A stretch of 64,000 nucleotides of DNA from a plasmid: the sequence record OW849071.1, one strand, 5' to 3'. Below, one piece after another: positions 43,213 to 55,595 of the stretch. Every line of letters starts with the position of its first letter. The first letter of the stretch is position 1. The position numbers were made by a program, and so were the translations under genes. The notes beneath the pieces are model-generated. The model had not been told where the DNA came from. It did no database searches and saw only the letters and a list, made by a program, of their open reading frames with translations.

Positions 43213-44856
43213 CTACTGGTGCGCCGCTAGCACGCTATTCACGATTTCCACCGCTTCTTTCTCGATCTGCTTGCGATGTGCTTCCCCGAGGAAGCTCTCG
43301 CAGTAGATCTTGTAAGCGTCTTCCGTACCTGACGGTCGGGCGGCGAACCAGCCGTTGTCGGTCATCACTTTCAGGCCACCAATCGATGCGCCGTTGCCCG
43401 GCGCGGCGGTCAGACGCGCAGTGATCGGGTCACCCGCCAGCTGACTGGCCCTGACCATTTCCGGCGACAGCTTCGACAGCACCGCTTTCTGTGCGGAAGT
43501 GGCCGAAGCCTGCAGCCGGTTATAGCTCGGCGCGCCGAAGCGGGCGGCCAGTTCGTCGTAGTGCTCCTGCGGGTTTTTACCGGTGACGGCGGTGATTTCC
43601 GCCGCCAGCAGGCACATGATGATCCCGTCTTTGTCGGTCGACCACGGCGTTCCGTCAAAACGCAGGAACGAGGCGCCCGCGCTCTCTTCTCCGCCGAAGC
43701 CGAAGCTGCCGTCGAACAGGCCGTCAACAAACCATTTAAAGCCCACCGGCACTTCAACCAGCCTGCGGCCGAGGTCGTTCACCACACGGTCGATCATCGC
43801 GGAAGAGACCAGCGTCTTGCCCACCGCCACATCCTGGCCCCACTGCGGGCGATGCTGGAACAGGTAGTTAATCGCCACCGCCAGATAGTGGTTCGGGTTC
43901 ATCAGCCCTGCCGGCGTGACGATGCCGTGACGGTCATAATCTGGATCGTTAGCAAAAGCCAGGTCAAACTTATCGCGCAGCGCCAGCAGGCCCGCCATTG
44001 CGCACTCAGATGAGCAGTCCATGCGAATGGCGCCGTCTTTATCCAGATGCATAAAGCGGAAGGTTTGATCGACGTGATCGTTGACGATAGTCAGGTCGAG
44101 CTTGTAGTGCCCGGCAATACGTTTCCAGTATTCGATACCGGACCCGCCCAGCGGATCGATCCCGAGCTTGAGGCCGGCTTTCTGAATTGCCGCCATGTCG
44201 ACGATATCCGCCAGCCCTTCGATAAACGGCTGTACCAGATCCTGCTTTTTAACATGACCGGATGCCAGTGCCGCATCGAGGGAGATGCGCCTGACGCCCT
44301 GCAGACCCGAGGCCAGCAGTTCGTTAGCGCGATTCTCTACCACTTTGGTGACGTTGGTATCCGCCGGGCCGCCGTTCGGCGGGTTGTACTTAATACCGCC
44401 ATCTTCCGGCGGGTTATGAGACGGCGTGATCACGATGCCGTCTGCCAGCGGACCACCTTTTTTGTTGTGCACCAGGATGGCATTGGAAATGGCCGGCGTC
44501 GGGGTGAAACCGTTGTGTTCCTGCACGATAACATCAACGCCGTTGGCCGCCAGCACTTCCAGTACGGAAATAAAGGCCGGTTCGGAGAGCGCGTGGGTAT
44601 CTTTACCCACGTAGCAGGGACCGGTAATCCCGTTCCTGGCGCGGTCTTCCGCAATCGCCTGCGCGATCGCCAGAATATGCTGCTCATTGAAGTTATGGCG
44701 CCCTGCACTGCCACGATGGCCAGAGGTACCAAACTTCACCGCATGCTCCGCGTTGCCCGCTTCCGGCCTCAGTACGTAGTACTGCGCGGTCAGCTGAGCG
44801 ACGTTAATCAAATCACTCTGTTGTGCAGGCTCCCCTGCGCGTTTACTGTCCGTCAT
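43213..44856 (-). CDS. pgm: Phosphoglucomutase (alpha-D-glucose-phosphate specific).
   Basis: 547 aa, [50 protein letters not shown]...[15 protein letters not shown]... is near-identical to E. coli Pgm, including the active-site serine loop TSGHRG/SHNP. Confidence 0.9.
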   Translation of the reverse strand: MTDSKRAGEPAQQSDLINVAQLTAQYYVLRPEAGNAEHAVKFGTSGHRGSAGRHNFNEQHILAIAQAIAEDRARNGITGPCYVGKDTHALSEPAFISVLEVLAANGVDVIVQEHNGFTPTPAISNAILVHNKKGGPLADGIVITPSHNPPEDGGIKYNPPNGGPADTNVTKVVENRANELLASGLQGVRRISLDAALASGHVKKQDLVQPFIEGLADIVDMAAIQKAGLKLGIDPLGGSGIEYWKRIAGHYKLDLTIVNDHVDQTFRFMHLDKDGAIRMDCSSECAMAGLLALRDKFDLAFANDPDYDRHGIVTPAGLMNPNHYLAVAINYLFQHRPQWGQDVAVGKTLVSSAMIDRVVNDLGRRLVEVPVGFKWFVDGLFDGSFGFGGEESAGASFLRFDGTPWSTDKDGIIMCLLAAEITAVTGKNPQEHYDELAARFGAPSYNRLQASATSAQKAVLSKLSPEMVRASQLAGDPITARLTAAPGNGASIGGLKVMTDNGWFAARPSGTEDAYKIYCESFLGEAHRKQIEKEAVEIVNSVLAAHQ

Positions 44857-44969
44857 TTTTCTCTCCTGTCATATCCGTCAGGCTTATTTATGTGTTGCTG
44901 CCGGGTCGCTCATCGACGGGGCCGGTCTCCTGCCACCCGCCCCGGCGTTTCCTGGTTGTCAGTACGCGC

Positions 44970-47435
44970 TCAGAGTTGCGTTTTGTCGATATACCAGATC
45001 TTTTGCGCATACTCCCGCACCGTACGGTCCGATGAAAAATAGCCCATGTGGGTTATGTTGAGCATCGCTTTGGCGGTCCACTCTTCCGGGGTTCGGTAGA
45101 GCGCATCCACCTTGTCCTGACAGTCAACATAGCTGCGGTAATCGGCCAGCACCTGATAGTGGTCGCCAAAGTTGATCAGCGAATCCAGCAGACCGCGATA
45201 GCGGCCCGGCTCCTGTGGGCTGAACACCCCGGTCCCCATCTGGGTCAGCGCCTGGCGCAGCTCTTGATCCTGGTCGTAGTAATCACGCGGCTGATAACCG
45301 TTGCTGCGCAGCGCCTCGACCTCTGCAGCGGTATTACCGAAGATAAAGATATTGTCCTCACCCACGTGCTCCAACATCTCAACGTTGGCGCCGTCCAGCG
45401 TGCCAATGGTCAGCGCACCGTTGAGGGCGAACTTCATATTACTGGTCCCGGAGGCTTCAGTCCCTGCCAGCGAAATCTGCTCAGAAAGGTCCGCGGCCGG
45501 AATGATCATCTGCGCCAGACTGACGCTGTAGTTGGGAATGAACACCACCTTTAGTCTGTCGCCAATCTGCGGATCGCTGTTGATGACTTTGGCGACGTCG
45601 TTTATCAGATGGATGATCTGTTTTGCCGTGTGGTAAGCGGACGCGGCTTTGCCGGCGAAAATCACCACTCGCGGCACCCATTCGGCCTGCGGGTCCGCCT
45701 TGATACGGTTGTAGCGGGTGATCACATGCAGCACATTCATCAGCTGGCGTTTATATTCGTGGATCCGTTTAATTTGCACATCAAACAGCGCGTTCGGGTT
45801 CACCACCACGCCCAGCTGACGGGCGATATAATCGGCCAGACGCTGTTTATTCGCCAGTTTGGCGGCGCTGACGGCCTGGTTAACCAGCGGATAATCCTGA
45901 TATTCCCCCATTTCGCTCAGCTGGCTTAAATCCGTTCGCCAGGTCTGGCCGATATGGCGGTCCAGAACCGCGGCAAGGGACGGGTTAGCGGCAGCCAGCC
46001 AGCGGCGCGGCGTGACGCCGTTAGTCACGTTGGTGAAGCGGCGCGGAAAGATTCTGGCGAAATCGGCAAACAGCGACTCCACCATCAGCCGGGAGTGCAG
46101 TTCCGACACGCCGTTCACCTTGTAACTGACCACCACCGCCAGCCAGGCCATCCGTACGCGACGGTCGTTGGATTCATCGATAATCGAGGTCCGGCTCAGC
46201 AACGCAATATCATCGGGATAGTGCTCCTGCATGGTTTTCAGAAAATAGTCATTAATCTCGAAAATAATCTGCAAATGGCGCGGCAGGATTTTCCCCAGCA
46301 TCTCGACCGGCCAGGTCTCCAGCGCCTCGCTCATCAGGGTATGGTTGGTGTAGGAGAAGACCTGACAGGTCACCCCGAAAGCGTCATCCCAGCTGAAGCG
46401 GTGTTCGTCAATCAGCAGACGCATCAGCTCCGGGATCGACAGCACCGGATGGGTGTCGTTGAGGTGGATAGCAATTTTATCTGCCAGGTTGTCATAGGTT
46501 TGATACAACTGGTAATGGCGAAAAAGAATATCCTGCACCGTCGCCGAAACGAGGAAATATTCCTGACGCAGGCGCAGCTCGCGCCCGGAGTAGGTCGAGT
46601 CGTCCGGATACAGTACCCGGGAGACGTTTTCGGAATGGTTTTTATCTTCTACCGCCGCGAAGTAATCTCCCTGATTAAATTTACCGAGGTTAATCTCGCT
46701 GCTGGCCTGGGCGCTCCACAAGCGCAGGGTGTTGGTGGCATCGGTTTCATAACCCGGGATAATCTGATCGTAGGCCACCGCGATGATCTCTTCGGTTTCC
46801 AGCCAGCGCGAGTTTTTCCCCTCATGCTGAATGCGCCCGCCAAAGCGCACGGTATAGCGGGTTTTATGGCGCTCGAATTCCCAGGGGTTACCGTACTCCA
46901 GCCAGTAGTCCGGTGACTCCATCTGCCGGCCGTCGATGATGTTTTGCTTGAACATGCCGTAGTCGTAGCGGATGCCGTAACCGCGTCCTGGCAGCCCCAG
47001 CGTGGCCAGGGAGTCGAGAAAACAGGCTGCCAGACGACCGAGACCGCCGTTGCCCAGGCCCGGGTCATTCTCTTCGTCAATCAGCTCTTCCAGATCCAGA
47101 CCCATCCCGGCCAGCGCTGTTTTCACATCCTCATAGATGCCCAGCGACAGTAAGGCATTCGAGAGGGTACGGCCGATGAGAAACTCCATCGACAGATAAT
47201 ATACCTGGCGCGCCTGCTGCGAGATCCGCGCCCGATGCGCCCGCAACCAGCGCTCAACCAGCCGATCGCGCACGGCGAACAGCGTAGCATTGAGCCATTC
47301 ATGCTTATTGGCAAGTGAAGGGTCTTTACCGAGAATAAACATGAGGTTATAAGCGATAGCATGCTGCAGCGCTTCTTCATTCAGCCTGGGTGAAATATAA
47401 CTTATGCGTGGTTCCATTTTTCTTATCCGTAGCAA
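44970..47435 (-). CDS. glgP: Glycogen phosphorylase GlgP.
   Basis: 821-aa ORF. ...[44 protein letters not shown]... and the pyridoxal-phosphate site ...[23 protein letters not shown] are highly similar to E. coli GlgP. The true start may be the internal Met of MEPRISY at ~47417. Confidence 0.9.
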   Translation of the reverse strand: MLRIRKMEPRISYISPRLNEEALQHAIAYNLMFILGKDPSLANKHEWLNATLFAVRDRLVERWLRAHRARISQQARQVYYLSMEFLIGRTLSNALLSLGIYEDVKTALAGMGLDLEELIDEENDPGLGNGGLGRLAACFLDSLATLGLPGRGYGIRYDYGMFKQNIIDGRQMESPDYWLEYGNPWEFERHKTRYTVRFGGRIQHEGKNSRWLETEEIIAVAYDQIIPGYETDATNTLRLWSAQASSEINLGKFNQGDYFAAVEDKNHSENVSRVLYPDDSTYSGRELRLRQEYFLVSATVQDILFRHYQLYQTYDNLADKIAIHLNDTHPVLSIPELMRLLIDEHRFSWDDAFGVTCQVFSYTNHTLMSEALETWPVEMLGKILPRHLQIIFEINDYFLKTMQEHYPDDIALLSRTSIIDESNDRRVRMAWLAVVVSYKVNGVSELHSRLMVESLFADFARIFPRRFTNVTNGVTPRRWLAAANPSLAAVLDRHIGQTWRTDLSQLSEMGEYQDYPLVNQAVSAAKLANKQRLADYIARQLGVVVNPNALFDVQIKRIHEYKRQLMNVLHVITRYNRIKADPQAEWVPRVVIFAGKAASAYHTAKQIIHLINDVAKVINSDPQIGDRLKVVFIPNYSVSLAQMIIPAADLSEQISLAGTEASGTSNMKFALNGALTIGTLDGANVEMLEHVGEDNIFIFGNTAAEVEALRSNGYQPRDYYDQDQELRQALTQMGTGVFSPQEPGRYRGLLDSLINFGDHYQVLADYRSYVDCQDKVDALYRTPEEWTAKAMLNITHMGYFSSDRTVREYAQKIWYIDKTQL

Positions 47436-48869
47436 TTAAATAATACGCTGATACAACAGGTGGAAAGACTTTGCGGCACTTTGCCAGCTAAAATCCATGC
47501 TCATCGCCTGCCGCTGCACGTAACGCCACAGCGAGGGACGCGACCACAGGACACTGGCCCGGTGGATAGCATGTAATAACGATTCCGTCTCGCTGTCGGT
47601 AAACACAAATCCGGTCGCGAGCCCGTCAACAAGGTTTTCGAGCGAACAGTCGGCGACGGTATCCGCCAGTCCGCCGGTACGGCGAACCAGCGGTAATGTG
47701 CCGTAGCGCAGACCATAAAGCTGGGTCAGACCGCAGGGTTCAAAACGGCTGGGCACCAGGATGACGTCGGCGCCGCCAATCATCTGATGCGACAGCGCCT
47801 CGTCGTAGCCGATCCGGATACTCACCTGCCCGGGGTATTGCGCCTCGGCGGTCAGAAAACGGGCCTGCAAATCCGGGTCCCCGGATCCCAGCAGCGCCAG
47901 CTGCCCTCCCTTAGATATAATTCCCGGCAGCGCGCCAAACAGAAGATCCAGCCCCTTCTGGCTGGTCAGCCGGCTCACAACGGTGAACAGCAGCGCCCGA
48001 TCGTCCGCCTTCAGCCCCAGCGACGTCTGCAGCTGCTGCTTGTTCTTCGCTTTCTCCGCCAGTGAATTCTGGTCGTAAGGCGCTGCCAGCAGCGGATCGC
48101 GGCGCGGATCCCAGATATTTTTGTCAACCCCGTTCAGGATCCCCGACAGTCGCCCTTCCCGCTGACGTTGCCGCAGCAGCTCTTCCAGACCAAACGCGTA
48201 CTGTGGTTCGGTAATTTCACGGGCATATGTCGGGCTGACGGTGGTGATATGGTCAGCGAAATAGAGACCCGCCTTAAGGAAGGAGATTTGCCCATTAAAC
48301 TCCACCCCGTGCATCTGGAAGAACGACCACGGTAACGCGATCTCCGCCATATGCCGGGCCTGAAACAACCCCTGATAGGCAATGTTGTGCACCGTAAACA
48401 CCGATTTGGCCGGGTTGCCGCGGGTGGCCAGATAAGCCGGGGTGAGACCCGCGTGCCAGTCATGGGCGTGGACGATTTCAGGACGCCAGAACGGGTCAAG
48501 ACCACCGGCAAGCTCGGCCCCGACCCAGCTCAGCAACGCGAAACGCAGGACGTTATCAGGATAATCCTGCATCTGCTGGTTATGATAAGGATTACCCGTC
48601 CGGTCATAGAGATGCGGGGCATCAATCAGATAGATGCCCACACCGTTAAAATGGCCAAACAGCAGCGTCATCCGCCCGGCGAATGTCTCCCTGCTGGCCA
48701 CCACCTGCGGATCCTGAACCCCGTTGCGGATCGCCGGAAACCCAGGCAGCAGCACGCGGGTATCCAGCCCCTCGGCAATTTGCGCCGCCGGGAGCGCGCC
48801 GGTGACGTCGGCCAGTCCGCCCGTTTTTAACAGCGGGAACATCTCTGCTCCTACATGTAAAACTTGCAT
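47436..48869 (-). CDS. glgA: Glycogen synthase GlgA.
   Basis: [34 protein letters not shown]... 477 aa; the KTGGL motif is present. It is near-identical to E. coli GlgA. Confidence 0.92.
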   Translation of the reverse strand: MQVLHVGAEMFPLLKTGGLADVTGALPAAQIAEGLDTRVLLPGFPAIRNGVQDPQVVASRETFAGRMTLLFGHFNGVGIYLIDAPHLYDRTGNPYHNQQMQDYPDNVLRFALLSWVGAELAGGLDPFWRPEIVHAHDWHAGLTPAYLATRGNPAKSVFTVHNIAYQGLFQARHMAEIALPWSFFQMHGVEFNGQISFLKAGLYFADHITTVSPTYAREITEPQYAFGLEELLRQRQREGRLSGILNGVDKNIWDPRRDPLLAAPYDQNSLAEKAKNKQQLQTSLGLKADDRALLFTVVSRLTSQKGLDLLFGALPGIISKGGQLALLGSGDPDLQARFLTAEAQYPGQVSIRIGYDEALSHQMIGGADVILVPSRFEPCGLTQLYGLRYGTLPLVRRTGGLADTVADCSLENLVDGLATGFVFTDSETESLLHAIHRASVLWSRPSLWRYVQRQAMSMDFSWQSAAKSFHLLYQRII

Positions 48870-48957
48870 GTATGCTCCTTATTATTCAGCCACAGAGACG
48901 ACCCGCGACAGGGCAATATTTTCTCTGCCGCCGGACACGCTTTTTCCGCAAATGGGC

Positions 48958-50241
48958 TCATACCTCAAGTTTGTCCAGCATTTCTTTGGTAACCAGAACG
49001 ATGCCTTCTTCCGAACGATAAAAGCGTCGCGCATCCTCAACGGCATTTTCGCCAATCACCGTCCCCTCCGGAATAACGCATCCCCGGTCGATCACGCAGC
49101 GTCTTATCCTGCAGGAGCGACCGACCCAGACGCCCGGTAATAAAACCGACGAATCAATATTACAGAACGAGTTAATCCGAACTCTGGAAAATAGAACCGA
49201 CTGCACCACCACCGAGCCAGAAATAATACAGCCGCCGGAGACCAGAGAATTCATGGTCATGCCATGACTGCCGGAACGGTCCTGAACAAATTTGGCGCTG
49301 GGCAGCGATTCGACATAGGTACGGATAGGCCAGTTACGGTCATAAACGTCCAGCTCTGGCACTACTGAGGCTAAATCCAGATTCGCTTTCCAGTACGCCT
49401 CCAGGGTTCCGACATCGCGCCAGTATGGCTCGGCATTATTATCCGACTGAACGCAGGAGCGCGGGAACGGATGCGCATACGCTTCACCTGCCGCCGTTAT
49501 CCTGGGAATAATATCTTTGCCAAAATCATGGGTGGAGTGTTCATCCCGATCGTCGTCTTCCAGCAGCTGGTAGAGATATTCCGCATCAAACACATAAATG
49601 CCCATACTGGCAAGCGAGCGGGTTTCATCGCCAGGAATGGTGGGCGGATTAGCCGGTTTTTCAACAAATTCAATGATTTTGTCATTCTCATCCACGGCCA
49701 TGACGCCAAAAGCGCTTGCCTCTTCAACCGGGACCGGCAGGCAGGCCACGGTACAGCGCGCCCCTTTTTCAACGTGATCGAGCAGCATCCGCGAATAATC
49801 TTGTTTATAGATATGGTCCCCGGCCAGAATAACGACATATTCCGCATCATAGCGGCGGATAATATCCAGATTCTGGGTCACGGCATCCGCCGTCCCCCGA
49901 TACCAGTTCTCACCATGCACCCGCTGCTGCGCCGGTAATAAATCCACGAACTCATTCATTTCTTCGTTAAAGAATGCCCAGCCGCGTTGAATATGCTGCA
50001 CCAGTGAATGGGACTGATATTGTGTAATGACCCCGATACGTCTTATTCCGGAGTTAATACAATTCGATAAAGCAAAATCAATAATTCTGAATTTACCGCC
50101 GAAATGCACCGCAGGTTTTGCGCGAATAGTGGTCAGGTCTTTTAATCGTGTGCCACGTCCGCCGGCGAGGATCAGGGCCACGGATTTAAGCGGTAACTGG
50201 CGCGACAGCATTAAGTTGTCAGTATATTCAAGTTTACTCAT
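48958..50241 (-). CDS. glgC: Glucose-1-phosphate adenylyltransferase GlgC.
   Basis: [37 protein letters not shown]... 427 aa, near-identical to E. coli GlgC. Confidence 0.92.
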   Translation of the reverse strand: MSKLEYTDNLMLSRQLPLKSVALILAGGRGTRLKDLTTIRAKPAVHFGGKFRIIDFALSNCINSGIRRIGVITQYQSHSLVQHIQRGWAFFNEEMNEFVDLLPAQQRVHGENWYRGTADAVTQNLDIIRRYDAEYVVILAGDHIYKQDYSRMLLDHVEKGARCTVACLPVPVEEASAFGVMAVDENDKIIEFVEKPANPPTIPGDETRSLASMGIYVFDAEYLYQLLEDDDRDEHSTHDFGKDIIPRITAAGEAYAHPFPRSCVQSDNNAEPYWRDVGTLEAYWKANLDLASVVPELDVYDRNWPIRTYVESLPSAKFVQDRSGSHGMTMNSLVSGGCIISGSVVVQSVLFSRVRINSFCNIDSSVLLPGVWVGRSCRIRRCVIDRGCVIPEGTVIGENAVEDARRFYRSEEGIVLVTKEMLDKLEV

Positions 50242-50370
50242 AATAATGTCCTGCTATTAAATAAAAGCCATAAAAGAAAATAATGAAGAAAAAGCCTCAC
50301 TCTTCTGCAAAATAATTCAGAAGTGATCACCTCCGGTAATAAGTCAGCTGCAATAAATCAGCTGCGCGTT

Positions 50371-52572
50371 TTATTGCCCTGCAGATTCCCGTACCAGCCA
50401 GATTGTCGCCAGCGGCGGCAGAGTCACCGACAGCGAATGCTCCCGACCGTGGCTGGCGATCGCCTCGCTTGCCACGCAGCCGCCGTTGCCGGTGTTGCTC
50501 CCGTGGTAGTGCATCGAGTCGGTGTTCAGCTCTTCACGCCAGCGCCCCGGCTGGTTAATCCCGAAGCGATAGCCGTGACGCGGTACTGGCGTGAAGTTGC
50601 TCGCCACGATTATCTCGTTCCCGGCTTTATCGCGACGGACAAAGATAAACACCGACCGTTCATGGTCATCCACAACAAGCCATTCAAAGCCGTAGGGGTC
50701 AAAATCCAGTTCGTGCAGTGCCTTATGGTGGCGATAGGTATGGTTCAGATCGCGCACCAGACGCTGCACCCCGTGATGCCAGTTGTCGCCCCCTTCCAGC
50801 AGATGCCAGTCGAGGCTGGCGTCGTGGTTCCACTCCCGCCCCTGGGCAAACTCGTTGCCCATAAACAGCAGCTTTTTACCGGGGAAGGCAAACAGCCAGC
50901 CGTAGTAGGCGCGCAGGTTGGCGAACTTCTGCCAGGCATCGCCAGGCATCCGGTCAAGAATCGATTTTTTGCCGTGAACCACTTCATCGTGTGACAGCGG
51001 CAACACGAAGTTTTCGGTGTAGTTGTAGAGCATCCCGAAGGTCATCTTGTCGTGATGATAACGACGATAGATGGGATCGAGCTGCATATAGTCGAGGGTG
51101 TCATGCATCCAGCCGAGGTTCCATTTGAACCAGAAGCCAAGACCGCCCGTCGAAGACGGTCGTGTAACCCCGGCGAAGTCGGTGGACTCCTCCGCCATCG
51201 TGACCGCTCCCGGCGTCTGCTCACCGAGCACACGGTTGGTATTGCGCAGAAATTCAATCGCTTCGAGGTTTTCCCGGCCGCCGTACTCATTGGGCACCCA
51301 CTCCCCCTCTTTGCGGCTGTAGTCGCGGTAGATCATTGACGCAACCGCATCCACGCGCAGGGCGTCGATCCCGAAGCGTTCAATCCAGTACAGCGCGTTC
51401 CCGACCAGAAAGTTGCTGACTTCACGGCGACCGTAGTTGTAGATCAGCGTATTCCAGTCCTGGTGATAACCTTCTCGCGGGTCGCTGTGTTCATACAACG
51501 CGGTGCCGTCGAACGATGCCAGCGCAAAGTCATCCGACGGGAAGTGGCCCGGCACCCAGTCGAGGATCACGTTCAGACCCGCGGCATGGGCAGCATTCAG
51601 GAAGTAGCGGAAGTCTTCACGGGTACCAAAACGGCGGGTCGGCGCGTACAGCCCGGTGGGCTGATAGCCCCAGCTGCCGTCGAACGGATGTTCGTTTACC
51701 GGCAGCAGCTCCAGATGGGTGAAGCCCATCCACTTCGCGTAAGGCACCAGCTGGTCCGCCAGCTCGCGGTAGCTGAGCCAGAAATGGTTATCGGCGTGGC
51801 GGCGCCACGAGCCAAGGTGCACTTCATAAATCGAAATCGGTGCATCAAACTGGTTGGCCTGCTGACGGGACTGTGGCTGTTCGACCTTTTCCGGCATGCC
51901 GCAGATAAGCGACGCGCTTTCCGGGCGCATCTGTGCCTCAAAGGCATACGGGTCGGATTTCACCCGCAGGTGGCCGTGGGCGTCAATCAGCTCGAACTTA
52001 TACAGCTGGCCGTTATGCGCGCCGGGGACAAACAGCTCCCAGATGCCGGACTCTTTGCGCAGACGCATCGGGTGGCGGCGGCCGTCCCAGTAGTTGAACT
52101 GTCCGACCACCGACACACGACGGGCGTTCGGCGCCCAGACGGAAAAACGCGTCCCGGTGACGCCGTCCATGGTGTCGGCATGGGCTCCCAGCGTCTCGTA
52201 GGGCCGCAGATGAGTCCCTTCAGCGAGCAGCCAGGCATCAAGCTCCTGCAGCAGCGGGCCAAAGCGATAGGGGTCGTCAATCAGGTTTTGCTGACCGTGC
52301 CAGGTGACGGCCAGCTGGTAACGAAAAGGATTTTTCCGGCGCGGCAGAACGCCGCTAAAGAACCCGCGTGTGTCGAGGCATTCGAGTTTACCGACTTTGC
52401 GCCCGGTTTTCGGTTCAATCACCCATACATCGGTGGCATCGGGTAATAATGCGCGCACTTCCAGACCCGCATCGGTTGAGTGCATGCCAAGCACGGAAAA
52501 TGGATCGGAACAATGACCTGCGAGAAGTGCGGAGATCGCACTTTTTTCATTATAATCAGACATGGCAGTCAC
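50371..52572 (-). CDS. glgB: 1,4-alpha-glucan branching enzyme GlgB.
   Basis: 733 aa, ...[45 protein letters not shown]... is highly similar to E. coli GlgB. A 130-bp spacer separates it from glgC, with no glgX between them. Confidence 0.92.
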   Translation of the reverse strand: MTAMSDYNEKSAISALLAGHCSDPFSVLGMHSTDAGLEVRALLPDATDVWVIEPKTGRKVGKLECLDTRGFFSGVLPRRKNPFRYQLAVTWHGQQNLIDDPYRFGPLLQELDAWLLAEGTHLRPYETLGAHADTMDGVTGTRFSVWAPNARRVSVVGQFNYWDGRRHPMRLRKESGIWELFVPGAHNGQLYKFELIDAHGHLRVKSDPYAFEAQMRPESASLICGMPEKVEQPQSRQQANQFDAPISIYEVHLGSWRRHADNHFWLSYRELADQLVPYAKWMGFTHLELLPVNEHPFDGSWGYQPTGLYAPTRRFGTREDFRYFLNAAHAAGLNVILDWVPGHFPSDDFALASFDGTALYEHSDPREGYHQDWNTLIYNYGRREVSNFLVGNALYWIERFGIDALRVDAVASMIYRDYSRKEGEWVPNEYGGRENLEAIEFLRNTNRVLGEQTPGAVTMAEESTDFAGVTRPSSTGGLGFWFKWNLGWMHDTLDYMQLDPIYRRYHHDKMTFGMLYNYTENFVLPLSHDEVVHGKKSILDRMPGDAWQKFANLRAYYGWLFAFPGKKLLFMGNEFAQGREWNHDASLDWHLLEGGDNWHHGVQRLVRDLNHTYRHHKALHELDFDPYGFEWLVVDDHERSVFIFVRRDKAGNEIIVASNFTPVPRHGYRFGINQPGRWREELNTDSMHYHGSNTGNGGCVASEAIASHGREHSLSVTLPPLATIWLVRESAGQ

Positions 52573-52935
52573 CCTACTATCATCCTGCGGAAAGAATTAA
52601 AACGCCTCTTCCTGCTTTATTGATCCGGTAATATTCCGCTGCATGCTACGCATCGAAATATCAACACGTTATTCCAGAGCCTTAAGACATGTCGGTTGTC
52701 CACAAATAGAGAGTGATTAACCTCCTGAGAAGTGAGTTAAATGCGCTGTACGACTTCTGTATTATCTGTCTTCAGAATAATTACTCCTGATTTTCTTTCT
52801 GTGAGTAAACACTCATTTCTATATTAATGGGGAAACTAATTTTTATTTCGTCACGAATGATGAGTTTCCTTCTGCTGAATTCGTCAGATCGTATATAAAA
52901 AAAGGCTTTGTTGAATAAATCGAACTTTTGCTGAG

Positions 52936-53856
52936 TTGAAGGATCAGATCACGTATCTTCCCGACAACGCAGACCGTTCCGTGGCAAAGCAAAAGTTCAA
53001 AATCACCAACTGGCCCACCTACAATAAAGCCCTCATCAACCGTGGCTCCATAACTTTCTGGCTGGATGATGAAGCTATTCAGGCCTGGTATGAGTCAGCA
53101 ACACCTTCTTCACGAGGCAGACCTCAGCGCTATTCTGACCTTGCCATCACGACTGTGCTGGTCATTAAACGCGTATTCAGGCTGACCCTGCGCGCTGCGC
53201 AGGGCTTTATTGATTCCATTTTTTCTCTGATGAACGTTCCGCTACGCTGCCCGGATTACAGCTGTGTCAGCAGGCAGGCAAAGTCGGTTAATGTCAGTTT
53301 CAAAACGCCCACCCGGGGTGAAATCGCACACCTGGTAATTGATTCCACCGGGCTGAAGGTCTTCGGTGAAGGCGAGTGGAAAGTCAAAAAGCATGGCCAG
53401 GAACGCCGCCGTATCTGGCGTAAGCTGCATCTCGCCGTTGACAGTAAAACACATGAAATCATCTGCGCTGACCTGTCGCTGAACAATGTGACGGACTCAG
53501 AAGCCTTCCCGGGTCTTATCCGGCAGACTCACAGAAAAATCAGGGCAGCATCGGCAGACGGCGCTTACGACACCCGGCTCTGTCACGATGAACTGCGGCG
53601 TAAGAAAATCAGCGCGCTTATCCCTCCCCGAAAAGGTGCGGGTTACTGGCCCGGTGAATATGCAGACCGTAACCGTGCAGTGGCTAATCAGCGAATGACC
53701 GGGAGTAATGCGCGGTGGAAATGGACAACAGATTACAACCGTCGCTCGATAGCGGAAACGGCGATGTACCGGGTAAAACAGCTGTTCGGGGGTTCACTGA
53801 CGCTGCGTGACTACGATGGTCAGGTTGCGGAGGCTATGGCCCTGGTACGAGCGCTG
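52936..53856 (+). pseudogene. IS903 transposase interrupted near its 3' end by IS1; the last 18 codons resume at 54625-54678.
   Basis: [53 protein letters not shown]...VRAL, then the IS1 inverted repeat. After IS1 the frame continues [15 protein letters not shown]. Confidence 0.85.
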
Positions 53857-53911
53857 GGTAATGCTGCCAACTTACTGATTTAGTGTATGATGGTGATTTT
53901 AAGGTGCTTGC

Positions 53912-54187
53912 GTGGCTTCCATTTCCATCAGATGTCCTTCCTGCTCCGCTACTGAAGGCGTGGTGCGTAACGGCAAAAGCACTGCCGGACATCAGCGCTA
54001 TCTCTGCTCTCATTGCCGTAAAACATGGCAACTACAGTTCACTTACACCGCCTCTCAGCCCGGTACGCACCAGAAAATCATTGATATGGCCATGAATGGC
54101 GTCGGATGTCGCGCCAGTGCACGCATTATGGGCGTTGGCCTCAACACGGTTTTACGTCACTTAAAAAACTCAGGCCGCAGTCGGTAA
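53912..54187 (+). CDS. insA: IS1 InsA.
   Basis: [40 protein letters not shown]... Confidence 0.9.
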   Translation: MASISIRCPSCSATEGVVRNGKSTAGHQRYLCSHCRKTWQLQFTYTASQPGTHQKIIDMAMNGVGCRASARIMGVGLNTVLRHLKNSGRSR

Positions 54188-54609
54188 CCTCGCGCATACA
54201 ACCGGGCAGTGATGTGATTGTCTGCGCTGAAATGGACGAACAGTGGGGCTACGTCGGTGCTAAATCACGTCAGCGCTGGCTGTTTTACGCGTATGACAGG
54301 ATACGGAGGACGGTTGTGGCGCACGTCTTCGGTGAACGCACTCTGGCCACACTGGAGCGTCTTCTGAGCCTGCTGTCGGCCTTTGAGGTCGTGGTATGGA
54401 TGACGGATGGCTGGCCGCTGTATGAATCCCGCCTGAAGGGAAAGCTGCACGTTATCAGCAAGCGTTACACTCAGCGCATTGAGCGACATAACCTGAATCT
54501 GCGACAACATCTGGCAAGGCTGGGACGGAAGTCACTGTCGTTCTCAAAATCGGTGGAGCTGTATGACAAGGTCATCGGGCATTATCTGAACATAAAACAC
54601 TATCAGTAA
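54106..54609 (+). CDS. insB: IS1 InsB (frameshift partner of InsA).
   Basis: 167 aa; the canonical InsB C-terminal sequence is intact. Confidence 0.85.
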   Translation: MSRQCTHYGRWPQHGFTSLKKLRPQSVTSRIQPGSDVIVCAEMDEQWGYVGAKSRQRWLFYAYDRIRRTVVAHVFGERTLATLERLLSLLSAFEVVVWMTDGWPLYESRLKGKLHVISKRYTQRIERHNLNLRQHLARLGRKSLSFSKSVELYDKVIGHYLNIKHYQ

Positions 54610-54779
54610 GTTGGAGTCATTACCCGAGCGCTGAACAAAATGACGAAAGCAGGTATGCCTGAAAGCGTGCGTATTGCCTGAAAACACAACCCGCTACGGG
54701 GGAGACTTACCCGAAATCTGATTTATTCAACAAAGCCCCCACCTGACAGATATAAAACCGCATCCAAACGGTAACGCGG

Positions 54780-55204
54780 TTCAGAGACGAGATATTATAG
54801 GTACCAATGGTGGAAAATCAGATTTTTGGAAGCGTGTATTAGAAGACTATAAAACAAGACAAGTTGTTTTTGATGCGAAAAATTTTGAAGAATTAGGCCC
54901 ATCTGAGTACAGACAATTACAATCATATTTAACAGGTCCGTATGGAAAATTAGGATTTATTATTAATAGAGAAGAAAGTGAGGCATTGAAATCAGGGAGA
55001 GATTTGGATTGGACAAAAGAAATGTATCAATCTCATAATTCATTAATAATAAAATTACCTGCGAAATATATATCTAAATTGTTGCAAAAATTAAGAAATC
55101 CTGAGAAGCATGACGCTATAGATAGTCAGATGGGGAAACTTTTAACTCTATATGAAACATCATATATGGCTATTAAAAGTACTCAAAAGAAACGAAGAAA
55201 ATAG
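54780..55204 (+). pseudogene. AT-rich hypothetical ORF whose 5' end is removed by IS903.
   Basis: The open frame begins immediately at the IS903 boundary. It reads ...GTNGGKSDFWKRVLEDYKTRQVVFDAKNFEELGPSEYRQLQSYLTGPYGKLGFIINREESEALKSGRDLDWTKEMYQSHNSLIIKLPAKYISKLLQKLRNPEKHDAIDSQMGKLLTLYETSYMAIKSTQKKRRK. There is no upstream start before the IS. Confidence 0.35.
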
Positions 55205-55499
55205 CATCAGTTACATCATATGAGAGGGTTCCTGAAAAGGAATTTTCTCATATTTTATTATAAATCAATAATATATATCCTTAGCGTACGTTTTCGTTCC
55301 ATTGGACCTCAAACCCCACATATAGCGTCACTGTCAGCTGGAAACACCGCTACATCTTGTGTTGCGGGGCCGCTGTGCGCCGGGGGCAGGAACGAAGATC
55401 CGGAAATACCGGTTTTCGGATCTGAGGCAACGAGAAAGGACACTGTTGATAGATGGACAATAATTATTTCAATTATTGAATATTATGCAAAAATGTAAG

Positions 55500-55590
55500 A
55501 CGGCAATCTTTACATTAAAAGTAAAGCAAAAGAGATTTACAATCTCATGTAAAGCAGATAAGCTTTACATCTCCAACCGGTTAAGGAGCT
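55500..55590 (+). promoter_or_regulatory. Array of TTTACA-N-TGTAAA-type inverted repeats (putative operator/promoter) upstream of the RHH-fusion gene.
   Basis: ctTTACAttaaaagTAAAg, atTTACAatctcaTGTAAAg and gcTTTACAtct occur within ~70 bp, ending 6 nt before the aaggag ribosome-binding site. Confidence 0.45.
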
Positions 55591-55595
55591 TATGT

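Larger units (their letters stand above)
53857..54624 (+). mobile_element. IS1 copy 3 (768 bp), nested in IS903, with a perfect 9-bp target-site duplication.
   Basis: Ends are ggtaatgctgccaacttactgat and aagttggagtcattacc. The direct repeat cgagcgctg is present at 53848-53856 and 54625-54633. Confidence 0.92.
52904..54737 (+). mobile_element. IS903-type element copy 2, disrupted by a nested IS1.
   Basis: Inverted repeats are ggctttgttgaataaatc (52904-) and gatttattcaacaaagcc (-54737). The total length is 1834 bp, equal to 1066 bp of IS903 sequence plus the 768-bp IS1. The outer 9-bp flanks (ataaaaaaa / cccacctga) differ. Confidence 0.85.
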
